Shown piece after piece: positions 1 through 10,225 of a stretch of DNA of 64,000 nt. The position numbers and the translations under genes were made by a program. This DNA comes from an uncultured Gemmatimonadaceae bacterium (GTDB lineage Bacteria > Gemmatimonadota > Gemmatimonadetes > Gemmatimonadales > Gemmatimonadaceae). The stretch is from assembly GCA_963716745.1 (NCBI GenBank), contig OY970320.1, forward strand, positions 352,001-416,000, in the 5' to 3' direction. The notes beneath the pieces are model-generated. The model was given only the letters and a program-made list of their open reading frames with translations, made no database searches and was not told where the DNA came from. How positions within the stretch are numbered: position 1 is the first letter of the stretch; every line of letters begins with the position of its first letter.

Positions 1-154
1 CCACATGCTCAATGGCGCGCAGGATCGCGTCCTGGTCCATGAGCATCGCGGCGATCACCGCCGTCTCGGCCTCTTCGGAGTACGGAGGCCGGCGATCACG
101 GAAGGCGTCAGGCGGCGGCGGTGCGATCGAGAATTCGACGGGCGAGCTGGACAT
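1..154 (-). CDS. dnaB: Replicative DNA helicase DnaB, N-terminal part (runs off window start)
   Basis: Manual translation from ATG 154: MSSSPVEFSIAPPPPDAFRDRRPPYSEEAETAVIAAMLMDQDAILRAIEHV. PPYSEEAExAVxxAML is the DnaB N-terminal motif. Overlaps the udg 3' end by 47 nt; absent from the ORF track. Confidence 0.85.
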   Translation of the reverse strand, partial: MSSSPVEFSIAPPPPDAFRDRRPPYSEEAETAVIAAMLMDQDAILRAIEHV

Positions 155-1001
155 CTTCCCACGTTGGCCGCTTCCAGGCGGGATTCCTGAGAAGCGCTGC
201 CGGGTGATAGGTGACGATCACGGGAATACCGTGATAGACATGCTCCCGTCCCCGCAGTTTGCCGAGGGCTTCCGTCGTTTCGAGCAGGGCCTGCGCGGCG
301 GAGAGCCCCAACGCGAGAATCACTGCGGGGCGGATAATCTCTACCTGTCGCACCAAATATGGAAGGCAGGCTTTCACTTCCGCCGGCAGCGGCACGCGAT
401 TGCCCGGCGGGCGGTGCTTGACAACGTTGGCGATGTACACTTCCTCGCGCTTGAGATCGATGGCCGCGAGGATCTTCGTGAGCAACTGGCCCGCTTGGCC
501 AACGAACGGCAGGCCGGTCTCGTCCTCGTTGGCGCCCGGTCCCTCGCCAATGCACATGAGGCGCGCGCGCGGCGAGCCATCGCCCGGCACGGCGTTCTTC
601 GCGGTCTTGTGGAGATCGCACGCGGAGCAGGCGCGCACGAGCGCGTTGATGTCATCGAGCGTCGTGGCGGCGCCGATCGCGCCGGCGAACAGTTCGCGAT
701 CGCTGCCGCCTACCACGAGGCCCGCCGCGAGGGGAGCGGCGGGAGCGGACGACGCCGACGTCGCGGGCGTCGGAAAATCGCGGCGGGCCACCGGCGCGAC
801 CGGCGCGGGTGCGGCGCCAGCGCCGGCCGCGGTGAGGGCTTCGCGCCAATCGCCGGCAGCTGGTGCGGGTGCGCCAGCGTCTCCCTTCGCGCCGATGAGC
901 TTCATCACTTCTTCCACGGTGAGCCCATCGAGCACCAGCTCGCGCTCGCCCATGTCGCGGCGTTGCTCCAGATAACGCCGGAGCAGATCCTCAGCGCGCA
1001 C
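108..1001 (-). CDS. Uracil-DNA glycosylase, family 4 (Fe-S type)
   Basis: CSACDL, GEGPGANED..GLPFVG, NVVKHRPP.NR and TYHPAALLRNP motifs. Confidence 0.93.
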   Translation of the reverse strand: MRAEDLLRRYLEQRRDMGERELVLDGLTVEEVMKLIGAKGDAGAPAPAAGDWREALTAAGAGAAPAPVAPVARRDFPTPATSASSAPAAPLAAGLVVGGSDRELFAGAIGAATTLDDINALVRACSACDLHKTAKNAVPGDGSPRARLMCIGEGPGANEDETGLPFVGQAGQLLTKILAAIDLKREEVYIANVVKHRPPGNRVPLPAEVKACLPYLVRQVEIIRPAVILALGLSAAQALLETTEALGKLRGREHVYHGIPVIVTYHPAALLRNPAWKRPTWEDVQLARRILDRTAAA

Positions 1002-2193
1002 CGAGCAGCGCCTCGATGCGGTCGAGGAGCACGTCGGCGAGATCCGTCTTCGCCATGAGTTCGAGCGCTTCGGTGCGTCCGCCCTTCGCGATGAGCGTCA
1101 CGCGATTCGTCTCGACGCCGAAGCCGGCGCCCGCTTCCTTCGCATCGTTCACGACGATGAGATCGAGGCCTTTCGCCTCGAGCTTCGCGCGCGCGTTCGG
1201 CAGGATGTCGTTGGTCTCGAGCGCGAACCCGACGATCACCGCGCCCTTGCGGCGGAGCCCGCGCGTCTCGGCAAGGATGTCCACTGTGGGCGCGAGCGCC
1301 ACGGCATCGGGGGCGGCGCCCTTCTTGATCTTGTGATCCGCCACCGTCGCCGCGCGGAAATCCGCCGGTGCGGCGGCCATCACGAGCGCATCGGCGCGCG
1401 GCAGCTCCGTGCCTACAGCACGCGCCATCTCCTCCGTGCTCTCGACGCGAATCGTGCGCACGCCCTCGGGCGGCTCGACCTCGAGCGGTCCCGCGACGAG
1501 CGCCACGTCAGCGCCGCGCCGCCACGCCGCCGCGGCGATCGCCACACCCATCCGCCCGCTCGAGCGGTTCGAGATGAAGCGCACGGCATCCACCGGTTCG
1601 CGCGTGGGGCCCGCGGTCACGATCACGCGTTTCCCGGCGAGCGATGGCCGCTCGAGGATCCGGCCGAGCTGCGCGAAGATCGCGTCGGGCTCGGGCATGC
1701 GTCCGGGTCCTTCGGCGTCGCCCTCCGCGAGTGGACCGGTGGCGGGATCGAGCACGTGGTAGCCGAAGCCCGCGGCGGTCGCGGCGTTCCGCACCGTGGC
1801 GGGGTGCGACCACATATGATCGTTCATCGCGGGCACGAGCAACACGGGCGACCGCGTCGCGAGCAGGATCGCCGCGAGCAGATCGTCGGCGCGTCCTTGC
1901 GTCGCGCGCGCGAGGAAATCGGCAGTGCACGGCGCGATCACGATCGCGTGTGCCGCGCGCGCCAGATGGATGTGATCCAAGGCCTGTCCGGGCGCGAAGA
2001 TGTCCGAGCGCACCGGGCGCCCGCTGATCGCTTCGAATGTGGCCGGCGCGACGAACTCCCGCGCGCCGCGGGTCATGACCACGTCCAGTTCGGCGCCCGC
2101 CTGCACGAGCAGCCGCGCCAGCCAGCCACTCTTATAACTGGCGATCCCCCCGGTGATCCCGAGGACGATGCGGCGGCCGTCGAAGGGGCGCAC
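991..2193 (-). CDS. coaBC: Bifunctional phosphopantothenoylcysteine decarboxylase/ligase
   Basis: GITGGIASYK, PAMN..MW, TAGPTREPVDAVRFISNRSSGRMG, VGFALET. Confidence 0.97.
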   Translation of the reverse strand: MRPFDGRRIVLGITGGIASYKSGWLARLLVQAGAELDVVMTRGAREFVAPATFEAISGRPVRSDIFAPGQALDHIHLARAAHAIVIAPCTADFLARATQGRADDLLAAILLATRSPVLLVPAMNDHMWSHPATVRNAATAAGFGYHVLDPATGPLAEGDAEGPGRMPEPDAIFAQLGRILERPSLAGKRVIVTAGPTREPVDAVRFISNRSSGRMGVAIAAAAWRRGADVALVAGPLEVEPPEGVRTIRVESTEEMARAVGTELPRADALVMAAAPADFRAATVADHKIKKGAAPDAVALAPTVDILAETRGLRRKGAVIVGFALETNDILPNARAKLEAKGLDLIVVNDAKEAGAGFGVETNRVTLIAKGGRTEALELMAKTDLADVLLDRIEALLGAR

Positions 2194-2205
2194 GATGGGT
2201 GCGCG

Positions 2206-2412
2206 CTAGCGTTCGACGCGCACGCGCACCTGGAAGTCGATCTCGTCGGTGGTCAGCGCCTCGAGCGCCTTCGTCGTCAGTTTCTTCTCATATCCGCCGC
2301 CGCCCATGCGCGGGAACTCGTTCATGATCCGCGCGTACTTCGCCGCCACCAACACGCCGAGGTACTTGTTGGCCGTGCGCTGCGCGACTTCGATCGGGGT
2401 GAACACTTGCAT
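2206..2412 (-). CDS. rpoZ: RNA polymerase omega subunit
   Basis: NKYLGVLVAAKYAR..K.TTKALE; located between gmk and coaBC. Confidence 0.88.
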   Translation of the reverse strand: MQVFTPIEVAQRTANKYLGVLVAAKYARIMNEFPRMGGGGYEKKLTTKALEALTTDEIDFQVRVRVER

Positions 2413-2430
2413 CGGTGAGCTCCTTTCCAG

Positions 2431-3065
2431 CTACGTGTTGATGGCCTTCTCCAATCGCTCGACGATCGAGCGGAGGTCCCGTTCCAGATCCGTGAGCCGT
2501 TCACGCCGCATCGACTCGGCATCCAAATGCCCGAGACGCTGTCGACGGCCTTGTCCAACTGATCGTTCACCACGACGTACTGATACTCCGGCACCGCCTT
2601 CAACTCCGCCAGCGCACTGCGCAGCCTGCGGCCGAGACTCGCCGCGTCCTCCGTGCCCCGCTCCTTCAATCGCGCGAGCAGCGCGTCGCCGCTCGGCGGG
2701 AGGACGAAGATCATGACCGTCTCCGGGAAGGCCCGGCGGAACTGCGCCGCGCCCTGCACGTCGATGTCCATGATCACCTTCTTCCCCGCGGCCAGCACGC
2801 TCGTGACCTCCGAGCGCAGCGTGCCGTACCACATGCCGTGCACCTGCGCGCTCTCCGCGAACGCATCCGCCCCGCGCCGCTCGGCGAACTCGGCGGCCGA
2901 CAGGAAATGATAATCGCGTCCATCCACTTCGCCGGCCCGCGGCGGGCGCGTCGTCGCGCTCACCGAGTAACCGACGTCCGGCCGACGCTTGAGCAGCGCG
3001 TGCGCGATGCTCGTCTTGCCGCCGCCCGAGGGCGAGGAGAGGATCACCGGGAACGCCGGATTCAC
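2431..3065 (-). CDS. gmk: Guanylate kinase (one frameshift near 2530, probable sequencing error)
   Basis: SSPSGGGKT P-loop, SATTRPPRAGEVDGRDYHF, DIDVQGA; the C-terminus continues in the 2431..2832 frame. Confidence 0.95.
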
Positions 3066-3943
3066 TCGACGTTCTCCACCTGCTCGGCGAGCTTCTCCAA
3101 TTCTTCCTTCACCGCCACCACCTCGTGCAGCATCGCCGCATCGCGCGCCTTGCTGCCCGTCGTGTTCGTCTCGCGCAGCATCTCCTGCAACAAGAAGCCG
3201 AGCCGCTTGCCGATCCCTGCACCGCTCGCGCCCAGCAGCGTATCGCGGAACGCATGCAGGTGCGCACGGAACCGGTCGATCTCCTCGCTCACGTCCAGCC
3301 GGTCGGCGAGGATCGCGATCTCCTGCGCGAGCCGCGCAGGGTCGAGCGCCACGCCACCCGAGATCTCCTTCACCGACGCCGTCAACCTCTCCCGTTCCGC
3401 CGCCAATCGCGCAGGCGCCCGTGCCGCGATCCGGCCGAACGCTTCCTCCACTACGGCCAACCGCTCGGCGAGCAGCGCGGACAATCGGGCGCCTTCCGCC
3501 TCACGCATCGTGGTGAGCGCGCCGAGTGCCTCGCGCACCACCGCCTGCAACTCCGCCCCGTCCCCCGAGGCTTCCTCCGGCGCATCCGATGCGAGTACGT
3601 CCGGAAGCCGAAGCACCGTCGCGACGTCGAGCGCCGCGTTCAATCCGTGCTTCTTCTCCAAGGCTCGCAGCCGCGACACGTAATCCGCGAAACGAGCCTC
3701 GTCGATCACGAGCGCATTCTCGGCACCGCGCTCCGTGCGCGCCACGAGCGTGACGTGTCCGCGGGCGATCGCCTGCCGCAGCAACTCCCGCGTCTCCCCC
3801 TCCCAGCGCGCGAGGAGCGACGGCAGCTTGATGCTCGGATTGAAGAATCGGTGATTCACGGTGCGAACTTCCACCGTGACAGGCCGCGACCCGACTCTCC
3901 CGGTCGCGCTCCCGAATCCGGTCATGCTCCGTATCATGCGCAA
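3062..3943 (-). CDS. yicC: YicC/YloC family endoribonuclease
   Basis: MIRSMTGFG, VNHRF, DVSEEIDRF, GKRLGFLLQEMLRETNTTGSK. Confidence 0.95.
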   Translation of the reverse strand: MRMIRSMTGFGSATGRVGSRPVTVEVRTVNHRFFNPSIKLPSLLARWEGETRELLRQAIARGHVTLVARTERGAENALVIDEARFADYVSRLRALEKKHGLNAALDVATVLRLPDVLASDAPEEASGDGAELQAVVREALGALTTMREAEGARLSALLAERLAVVEEAFGRIAARAPARLAAERERLTASVKEISGGVALDPARLAQEIAILADRLDVSEEIDRFRAHLHAFRDTLLGASGAGIGKRLGFLLQEMLRETNTTGSKARDAAMLHEVVAVKEELEKLAEQVENVE

Positions 3944-3974
3944 GCCTGTAACTTAGCCTCTCGCAAGGCGGTAA

Positions 3975-5884
3975 TCAATTCAGGAAGGGCCAGCGCAGGC
4001 CATATGTGAACACTTGGGCCTGCTGCACGTACTGGGGCACGAGTTCGTACGGACGAGGGGTGAGCGCCCAGGTGGCCGTGAAATAGATCGTCGCGTCGAG
4101 GATCCGCACTTCGACGTTCGAGTAGAGCACCGCGCTGTGCACCGCGATCACCGCGTTCGGATCGAGCACCTCCGTCACGCCCGCTGTCGGGAAGAGTACA
4201 TCGGTGCGATACATCGCACCGAACGCGCCCTTGAACCCGAAGTGGCCGGTGGGGAATTTGCTCAGCCAGTCGGTGTCGAGGAACGCCTCGCCGCGCGCCT
4301 GGATCTGCGGGCGGTACCATCCGGGCGTGTTCCAGCGAACCACCCACGCGTTCACGCCGACATCGTCCACCACCTTGCCGCGCACGGAGATCATCGCGCC
4401 GGTCGCCGCGGCGGACGACGCCGATTTGTACGCGGTATCGTACGTCACGAGACCGGGCACCACCGTGGCGTCGCGCTGCATCGCGCCCACCTGGATCCAC
4501 ACCCGGCCAAGCCGCGCCCCGACGGTGACACGGCCCGACACCCCGTTGCCGCCCATGCTGTCGGTGGCGGTCCGGTAGCCGACCGCGCCTTCGAACGCGA
4601 GGAACGATGTTGGATTGATGCGCGCGGAAAGGTCGGTGATCCCGCCGCTGTCCGTCACGTAGTCGGCGAACGCCGAGAGCGAGAGCAGCTTCGTGCCGAA
4701 CGTCGCGCGGCCGGTGTACTCCGTGCTCGTGCCCAGCGGCAGCCAGCGGTACCGCGCCGATCCGCTCAGCTGCGCCGGGCCAAGGTTGATGCCCGCGGCG
4801 CCGATCAGTTGCGTGGCGATCTGCACCGTGCGCAGCGAGTCGGTCGGGAAGTAGGCGATGTTGATGGACCCCGCGAGCTGCTGCTCGATCTGCTGCTGGT
4901 TCGCCGTCACCTGTGCGAACCAGCGGCCGCTGTCCGGCTGTCCGTAGCCCGCGCGGAGAGAACCGAACGAGCGGCTGCCGTTCTCGCCCGGAATGCCCGT
5001 CGCGAGGAACGGATACACATAGATGGGAATATTGCTCGCGATCTGCGGGTCGCGCGTGCCGTTCTCACGCTCCGCCAGTGCGTCCAGGCTCCAGCCGCGT
5101 TTCGCCCAGCCCACCTTCAGCATGAGATCGTTGCTGTTCCCGCCGCCGATCACCACGTCGTTCGTCGTGCCGTACACTTGCCCGCCGAACTGCACGCCCA
5201 TGCCGTTCTGGAAGCGTGTGCCGAAGAAGGCGCGCAGCATGTTCGTGCCAAGATCTCCGGTGACGATGTCGATGCGGGACTGCGTGACGGTGCGCGTGAC
5301 GGTCCACGTTTGCAGGTATACGCGAAGCTCATCGGCACCGCGCTCGAGCGTCAGCTGCTGCACCGACCAGATCGGCACGGTCGCGAGATCGAGCGGACTG
5401 CTCAGGCTGTTGCCGATCGACCATCACCTCCACGCCGTCAAAGAAGATCCGGACGCGCGTGGGATTGCCGAGGTACGCGATGTACTGCGGCGACGCGATC
5501 CATCCCGACTGGAACACCGTGAGCCCGGGGACGCGATTCAACACATCCACCAGCGTGAGCGCGCCCGTGTTGAAGAGCTGCGTGCGATCCCACGTGTACG
5601 ACTCGCCGATCTCGAGCGGGTGCGGCATCTCGGCCTGTGCGAACCGCGCCTCCACCGTGTCCTTCTTCACCTTGAGACTGTCGGCGGTGGTGTCCTTCGC
5701 GGCGGTATCGCGCGGCACCGCGGCGGGCTCGGCGGGATTGATGGATGGCGGCGCCGGCGCCGGCGCCGGAGGCGGGACTACGGGAGGCGGAATTACCGGC
5801 GTGCCCTGCGCGCGGCGCAGCGCCGGGAATGAGGAACGCGCCAAGGAGCAACAGACCCGCGGCCGATCGCCGCAGGCGGTGCAT
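3975..5884 (-). CDS. TonB-dependent-receptor-plug domain outer-membrane protein (frameshifted about twice)
   Basis: Signal peptide (MHRLRRSAAGLLLLGAFL), plug-like segment (LVDVLNRVPGL..IFFDGVE..LTLERGA), beta-barrel-like C-terminus ending YGLRWPFLN; pieces lie in three frames. Confidence 0.65.
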
Positions 5885-5889
5885 CTCGT

Positions 5890-7365
5890 TCAGCCGGCCC
5901 TCCCTCGCACGAATTCCACGAAGAATCCAACGGGCACACCGGTCGGTCCCTTCGGCAGCCACGTGAGATCGCTCTCCGAATACGCGGTGCCGGCCACGTC
6001 CAAATGCACCCACGGATATTCCTCGGTGAACTCCTTCAGGAACATGCCCGCGGTGCTCGCGCCGGCGGGGCGGCCGCCGGAATTCTTGATGTCGGCGACG
6101 TCGCTCTTGATGAGTTCCTTGTACTCATCGAACAGCGGGAGGTGCCAGCCCATCTCGCCCGCGCGCTTGCCGGCGGCGATCACTTCCTGCACGAGCTTCT
6201 CATCGTTCCCCATCACGCCGCTCGCGGTGTAGCCGAGCGCGATGACGCACGCGCCGGTGAGCGTCGCGGCATCCACCACCGCCGCGGGCGTGAAGCGGCG
6301 CGCGTAGCTCAGCACGTCGGCGAGGACGAGACGGCCCTCGGCGTCGGTATTGATGATCTCGATGTACTTGCCCAGTTGACTGCGCACCACATCGCCCGGC
6401 TTCACCGCCGTGCCGCTCGGCATGTTCGTGGTCGCGCCAACGAGGCCTACGACGTTCACGGGCAGGTTCAGCCGGCCGATCGTCTCCATCGCGCCGAGCA
6501 CGCCGGCGCCGCCGCACATGTCGAACTTCATGTACTCCATCTTGTCGGCGGGCTTGATCGAGATGCCGCCGGTGTCGAAGCAGAGGCCCTTCCCTACGAG
6601 CACCACCGGCTTGCCGCCCTTGGGGCCTTTGCGATGCTCGAGCACGATGAGCTTGGGATCCTGCTCCGGCATCCCCTGCGCGACGCACAGGAAGGATCCC
6701 ATCTTCTCCTTCTCCATTTCGGCGCGCCCGAGGATCGTGACCGCCATGCCATGACGTTTCGCGATCTCGCGGCCCGTGTCGGCGAGATACTCGGGCGTGC
6801 AGAGATTGCCCGGCATCATCGCGAGGCGCCGCGCGAGGGAGATCCCTTCACCGAAGGCTTCGCCGCTCGCGACGGCTTTGGCGGCGTCGCCGCCCGCGAT
6901 GATCACCGCGCTCTCGAGATTCGCGCGGCGGTCGGCTTCGGGGGGCGGTGTCTTGGTCTCGGTGAATTCCCAAGCGCCCATCTGGATGCCGACGGTCACG
7001 GCCTCGATCGAGGCGCCGGCAGCGGAGCCGTCGTACCACGCGAGCGATGTCGCGCCGGCAGCGCGTGCTTGGCGCGCAGCGATCGCGGCGGCGCGGCGCA
7101 GCGCGGCGGTGGGATCGGTGGGCGTTCCCATGCCGACGAGCACGATGCGCTGCGGTCCGGTCTTTGCGCCGACGAGATGGAACACTTCGTCGCGCCCGCC
7201 GCGAAAATCGCGACGAGCGATCGACCGCTCCAACGCGCCGCCGAGCGCCGCGTCGAGCGCGGTGAGTGGGCCGGCGATCGTGGCGCCGGCCGGCAGCGCG
7301 ATGGCGAGCATGGCAACATCCAGCGACGCGAGATCGGCTTGGCGCGCGGAGAGGCGAAGCGGCAT
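5890..7365 (-). CDS. pepA: Leucyl aminopeptidase (M17)
   Basis: GKGLCFDTGGISIK, MKFDMCG, NTDAEGRL, HLDVAG. Confidence 0.96.
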   Translation of the reverse strand: MPLRLSARQADLASLDVAMLAIALPAGATIAGPLTALDAALGGALERSIARRDFRGGRDEVFHLVGAKTGPQRIVLVGMGTPTDPTAALRRAAAIAARQARAAGATSLAWYDGSAAGASIEAVTVGIQMGAWEFTETKTPPPEADRRANLESAVIIAGGDAAKAVASGEAFGEGISLARRLAMMPGNLCTPEYLADTGREIAKRHGMAVTILGRAEMEKEKMGSFLCVAQGMPEQDPKLIVLEHRKGPKGGKPVVLVGKGLCFDTGGISIKPADKMEYMKFDMCGGAGVLGAMETIGRLNLPVNVVGLVGATTNMPSGTAVKPGDVVRSQLGKYIEIINTDAEGRLVLADVLSYARRFTPAAVVDAATLTGACVIALGYTASGVMGNDEKLVQEVIAAGKRAGEMGWHLPLFDEYKELIKSDVADIKNSGGRPAGASTAGMFLKEFTEEYPWVHLDVAGTAYSESDLTWLPKGPTGVPVGFFVEFVRGRAG

Positions 7366-7427
7366 TGTGCGAAGCTCCGTGCGGAGAAGTGCCGGCGGGG
7401 CGCGCCGGCGTGTGACTCTGGAGAGAA

Positions 7428-7511
7428 TACCCGAGGCGGGAATCGAACCCGCAAGGCCGTGAAGCCGGGGGATTTTGAGTCCCCTGCGTCTACCAATTCC
7501 GCCACCCGGGC
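7428..7511 (-). tRNA. tRNA-Leu(CAA)
   Basis: GCCCGGG-TGGCGGAATTGGTAGACGC-A-GGGGA-CT-CAA-AA-TCCCC, long variable arm, GCGGG-TTCGATT-CCCGC, CTCGGGT-A; CCA not encoded. Confidence 0.97.
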
Positions 7512-7533
7512 AGGGTACGTACCGCGCCAGAGA

Positions 7534-7563
7534 ATTCTATCGCATTGCGCGTTCCACGTCCAA
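7534..7563 (-). promoter_or_regulatory. Putative sigma70 promoter for tRNA-Leu
   Basis: TTGGAC-N18-TAGAAT on the minus strand, about 22 nt upstream of the tRNA. Confidence 0.5.
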
Positions 7564-7683
7564 CACCGTCGCACCGTGTTTTAGCCATAGCGGTGACCAA
7601 CGTCGCGGCGTGCGAGCTTGACAGTGGCCTCCTGCGACACGCAGTCTCGTTCGTCGTCTGCGACTACACCTGCGAGAGGCTCC

Positions 7684-8433
7684 ATGGTTCGTCCACCGAT
7701 CGCCCCTATGCTGCTCGCCGGCGCGATCCTGTGCGCCTCGCTGCTCGCCGTCGCGTGCAAGGCAGAATCGAAGCCCGCGGTTTCGGCCGCGCGCGCGGGG
7801 CTGCCCGCGGCCGAGACTCGCGTCACTGTCGACGCGAAAGCGGATTCATCGCGGACGGCGAGCGCTCAGGGGTCGAGCGAGGATTCATACGGCCCGAACC
7901 CAGACAGAATTCTCGATCCAGAATCGAACGCAGCGTTCGACACGCTTTCGGTACTGCCACGCGTCGGGCCCGTGGCCGGTCGCTATTTCCTGGTTGCGCG
8001 ACGCGGAGAGCAGCTTGGCGACGACTCCGCCACGGCGTTTAGTAACCTGGAGCCGGAAGAGAGATGCGCCGTATGGGACACCTACGGTGAGATCGTGGTG
8101 CGCGCGGATGGACACTTCACCGAGAGAGACTCGACGGCGAAGTACTGCAAGGGCGCGAGTGCCACCTACGTCCGCAGCGCGACACAGGACTCGGGCCAGT
8201 TCAAGTGTACGCAGTCGGACTATTCTGCGAAGGATGCGCCCCAGTACTCGTGTCGAGGCAGCGTGAGGATCTTTGGACCGTTCGGGGTGTGGGTCACCAC
8301 GTTCGACCTCGCCGGCGACACCGTGAACATCCATGGCGACTGCGACGACCGCTACATGTACGTGTTGCGAGAACGCGCACCAGACACTCAACAACTCGCA
8401 CTGCACACCCCGGAGACGAACGCGGACTGCTAG
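7684..8433 (+). CDS. Hypothetical Cys-containing lipoprotein
   Basis: Lipobox-like LLAVAC after a hydrophobic stretch, plus several further Cys; no recognisable family; start uncertain. Confidence 0.6.
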   Translation: MVRPPIAPMLLAGAILCASLLAVACKAESKPAVSAARAGLPAAETRVTVDAKADSSRTASAQGSSEDSYGPNPDRILDPESNAAFDTLSVLPRVGPVAGRYFLVARRGEQLGDDSATAFSNLEPEERCAVWDTYGEIVVRADGHFTERDSTAKYCKGASATYVRSATQDSGQFKCTQSDYSAKDAPQYSCRGSVRIFGPFGVWVTTFDLAGDTVNIHGDCDDRYMYVLRERAPDTQQLALHTPETNADC

Positions 8434-8439
8434 CGCCTG

Positions 8440-8979
8440 CTACTGCTGCGGCGGCGCTGCCTGCGGCGGCGGCTGACGGCGCTGTCCGCGCCCCTGCCCA
8501 TTCCCGCCGCCCTGCCCCTGCATGTTCGCCAGTCGCTTGCGCACCTGTTCCTGTATCCCGAGGTACTGCGCCCGCTGACTCGGCGTGAGGAACGCCGAGA
8601 GATCCTTCTGCTCGCTCTGCAATATCGCGAGCCGCTGCTGCTGCACGCCGATCATCTGATCGAGCAGCCGCGCGATGAGCTTCTGATCGGCTTGATCGCC
8701 GCGGATCACTTCGGCGCGAATGGTGATGCGCAATTCGCGCTCCTGTTGCAGCAGGAGGAATCGCTTCTGCTCGTATTTGCGATTCACGGCGCCGAGCAGC
8801 ACCAGCTGTGAATCGGTGAGATTGAGCTGCCGCTTCACGATCTGTCCCAGCCGCTGACGGAATTGTGAATTGCCGGGGTCAGGCGCCGCGCCCGAGTCAC
8901 CGGTCTGTGCGCCAAGCGGCGCCACGAGGGCGCCGCCGAGTACGATGAGCGTGATCGCGTGCCGCATAGTTCGGATCAT
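8440..8979 (-). CDS. Spy/CpxP-like periplasmic protein
   Basis: Signal peptide, LNLTDSQ and FLTPSQ (LTxxQ-type) motifs; ATG overlaps the anti-sigma stop. Confidence 0.75.
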   Translation of the reverse strand: MIRTMRHAITLIVLGGALVAPLGAQTGDSGAAPDPGNSQFRQRLGQIVKRQLNLTDSQLVLLGAVNRKYEQKRFLLLQQERELRITIRAEVIRGDQADQKLIARLLDQMIGVQQQRLAILQSEQKDLSAFLTPSQRAQYLGIQEQVRKRLANMQGQGGGNGQGRGQRRQPPPQAAPPQQ

Positions 8980-9563
8980 TGCGTACTCCCAAGATCGATG
9001 ACCGCTTCCGGCTCCGCGTCGGGTGCCGGCGCGCTCCTCTCCAGATCGCTGAGCAACGCGTTCGCCTGCGCGGGCGAGAGTTCCTCGCCGCCGCCGAAAC
9101 TGAGCCCCACGGGTGCAGGCGCCGCCGCCGGGGGCGATACGACAGGTACAGCCGCCGGCGCCTGTTGCATTGGGTGCGAGTAGATCTGCGAAGGGCCCGT
9201 CGCGACCTGCGCCGGCCGAACGCGACCAACATAGTAGCCCGTCGCTCCCACCACCACGAACAGCACGGCCGCCGCCACGCGCCATACGTACTGCGGCAGC
9301 GGACGCGGCATCTGCGCCAGCTCGGGCCGCGTCTTCGGCACCGGGCGCGCGGCCTTCGCCGCCGTCACGATGCGCTGCACATCCACCGCCGGCGCGTGCG
9401 TCGCGATCGCCGCGCTCATCGAGCGTAGAAGCGCCACCTCGGCGCGGCATTCCGCGCAACCGGTGAGATGCGCCTCGACGCGCGCGCGCTCCGCGCTTCC
9501 GAGCGTGCCATGCACGTACTCGGGCAACCGGTCGCGGATCTCGTTCTGCAGGCAGTCGGTCAT
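8976..9563 (-). CDS. Zinc-binding anti-sigma factor (zf-HC2)
   Basis: HLTGCAEC motif, one TM helix, downstream of the ECF sigma. Confidence 0.88.
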   Translation of the reverse strand: MTDCLQNEIRDRLPEYVHGTLGSAERARVEAHLTGCAECRAEVALLRSMSAAIATHAPAVDVQRIVTAAKAARPVPKTRPELAQMPRPLPQYVWRVAAAVLFVVVGATGYYVGRVRPAQVATGPSQIYSHPMQQAPAAVPVVSPPAAAPAPVGLSFGGGEELSPAQANALLSDLERSAPAPDAEPEAVIDLGSTQ

Positions 9564-10111
9564 GTGAGCAACTCCTTGATCGTGCGCATCGCGTTGTGAT
9601 AGTGCACTCGGGCGGCGCCCTCGCTGCTCCCCAACACGGTCGCGATATCCTTGTACGACATCCCCTCGGCCACGCGCAAGGTGAAGACTTCGCGCTGCAT
9701 CGGAGTGAGCTTTCCCACGGCGTCCATCATCCGGCCTTCCGTCTCCTCGGCCACCGAGTCGTCCAATGCGTCGTGCCCGGTCACCGCGTGCTGCTCTTCG
9801 ATCTCCACCATCTTCCGCTCGAACTTGAGACTGCGAACTCTATCCCTCACGAGGTTCCGCGCGATCGTGCAAAGCCAGGTTCGCAGCGCACTGTCCCCCC
9901 GAAAACTTTCCAGACTCCCAAAGGCCCGGATGAAGGTGTCCTGCACGACATCTTCGACATCTTCCCGCACGCCGATGCTCGCGACATAGCGCGAGAGCGA
10001 CGGCGCATGGCGCTCCACCAGCAGCGTTGCGGCCCGTTCGTCCCCGGCCTGCCAGCGCGCGATCAGCACGCTGTCGTCCGGATCGTCCGGCGATCGGGTG
10101 GGTTGGGTCAT
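9560..10111 (-). CDS. ECF RNA polymerase sigma factor
   Basis: EDVVQDTFIRA..FRGDSALRTWL (region 2); LTPMQREVFTL..GMSYKDIA (region 4). Confidence 0.95.
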   Translation of the reverse strand: MTQPTRSPDDPDDSVLIARWQAGDERAATLLVERHAPSLSRYVASIGVREDVEDVVQDTFIRAFGSLESFRGDSALRTWLCTIARNLVRDRVRSLKFERKMVEIEEQHAVTGHDALDDSVAEETEGRMMDAVGKLTPMQREVFTLRVAEGMSYKDIATVLGSSEGAARVHYHNAMRTIKELLT

Positions 10112-10159
10112 GCCGTCACGGTATGAGACGCCAAGCCCGGCCTAACGTTAAGGCCAATC

Positions 10160-10207
10160 TTGACGGTCTTTCCCCCGCCCCATAGGTTGAATCCGAACGG
10201 TCGTTCG
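10160..10207 (+). promoter_or_regulatory. Sigma70 promoter plus PaaR-type palindromic operator
   Basis: TTGACG(10160)-N17-TAGGTT(10183), followed by the palindrome CGAACG-GT-CGTTCG (10194-10207) over the expected transcription start. Confidence 0.7.
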
Positions 10208-10225
10208 AAGCCATTCGGAGGCTAT

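Noticed and set aside
7428..7511. tRNA-Leu as an integration site for a genomic island
   Set aside because: No duplicated tRNA 3' end or integrase was seen, and pepA follows directly.
8440..10111. ECF sigma / zinc anti-sigma / Spy-like trio as a novel system
   Set aside because: A common envelope-stress-type arrangement with nothing distinctive visible.
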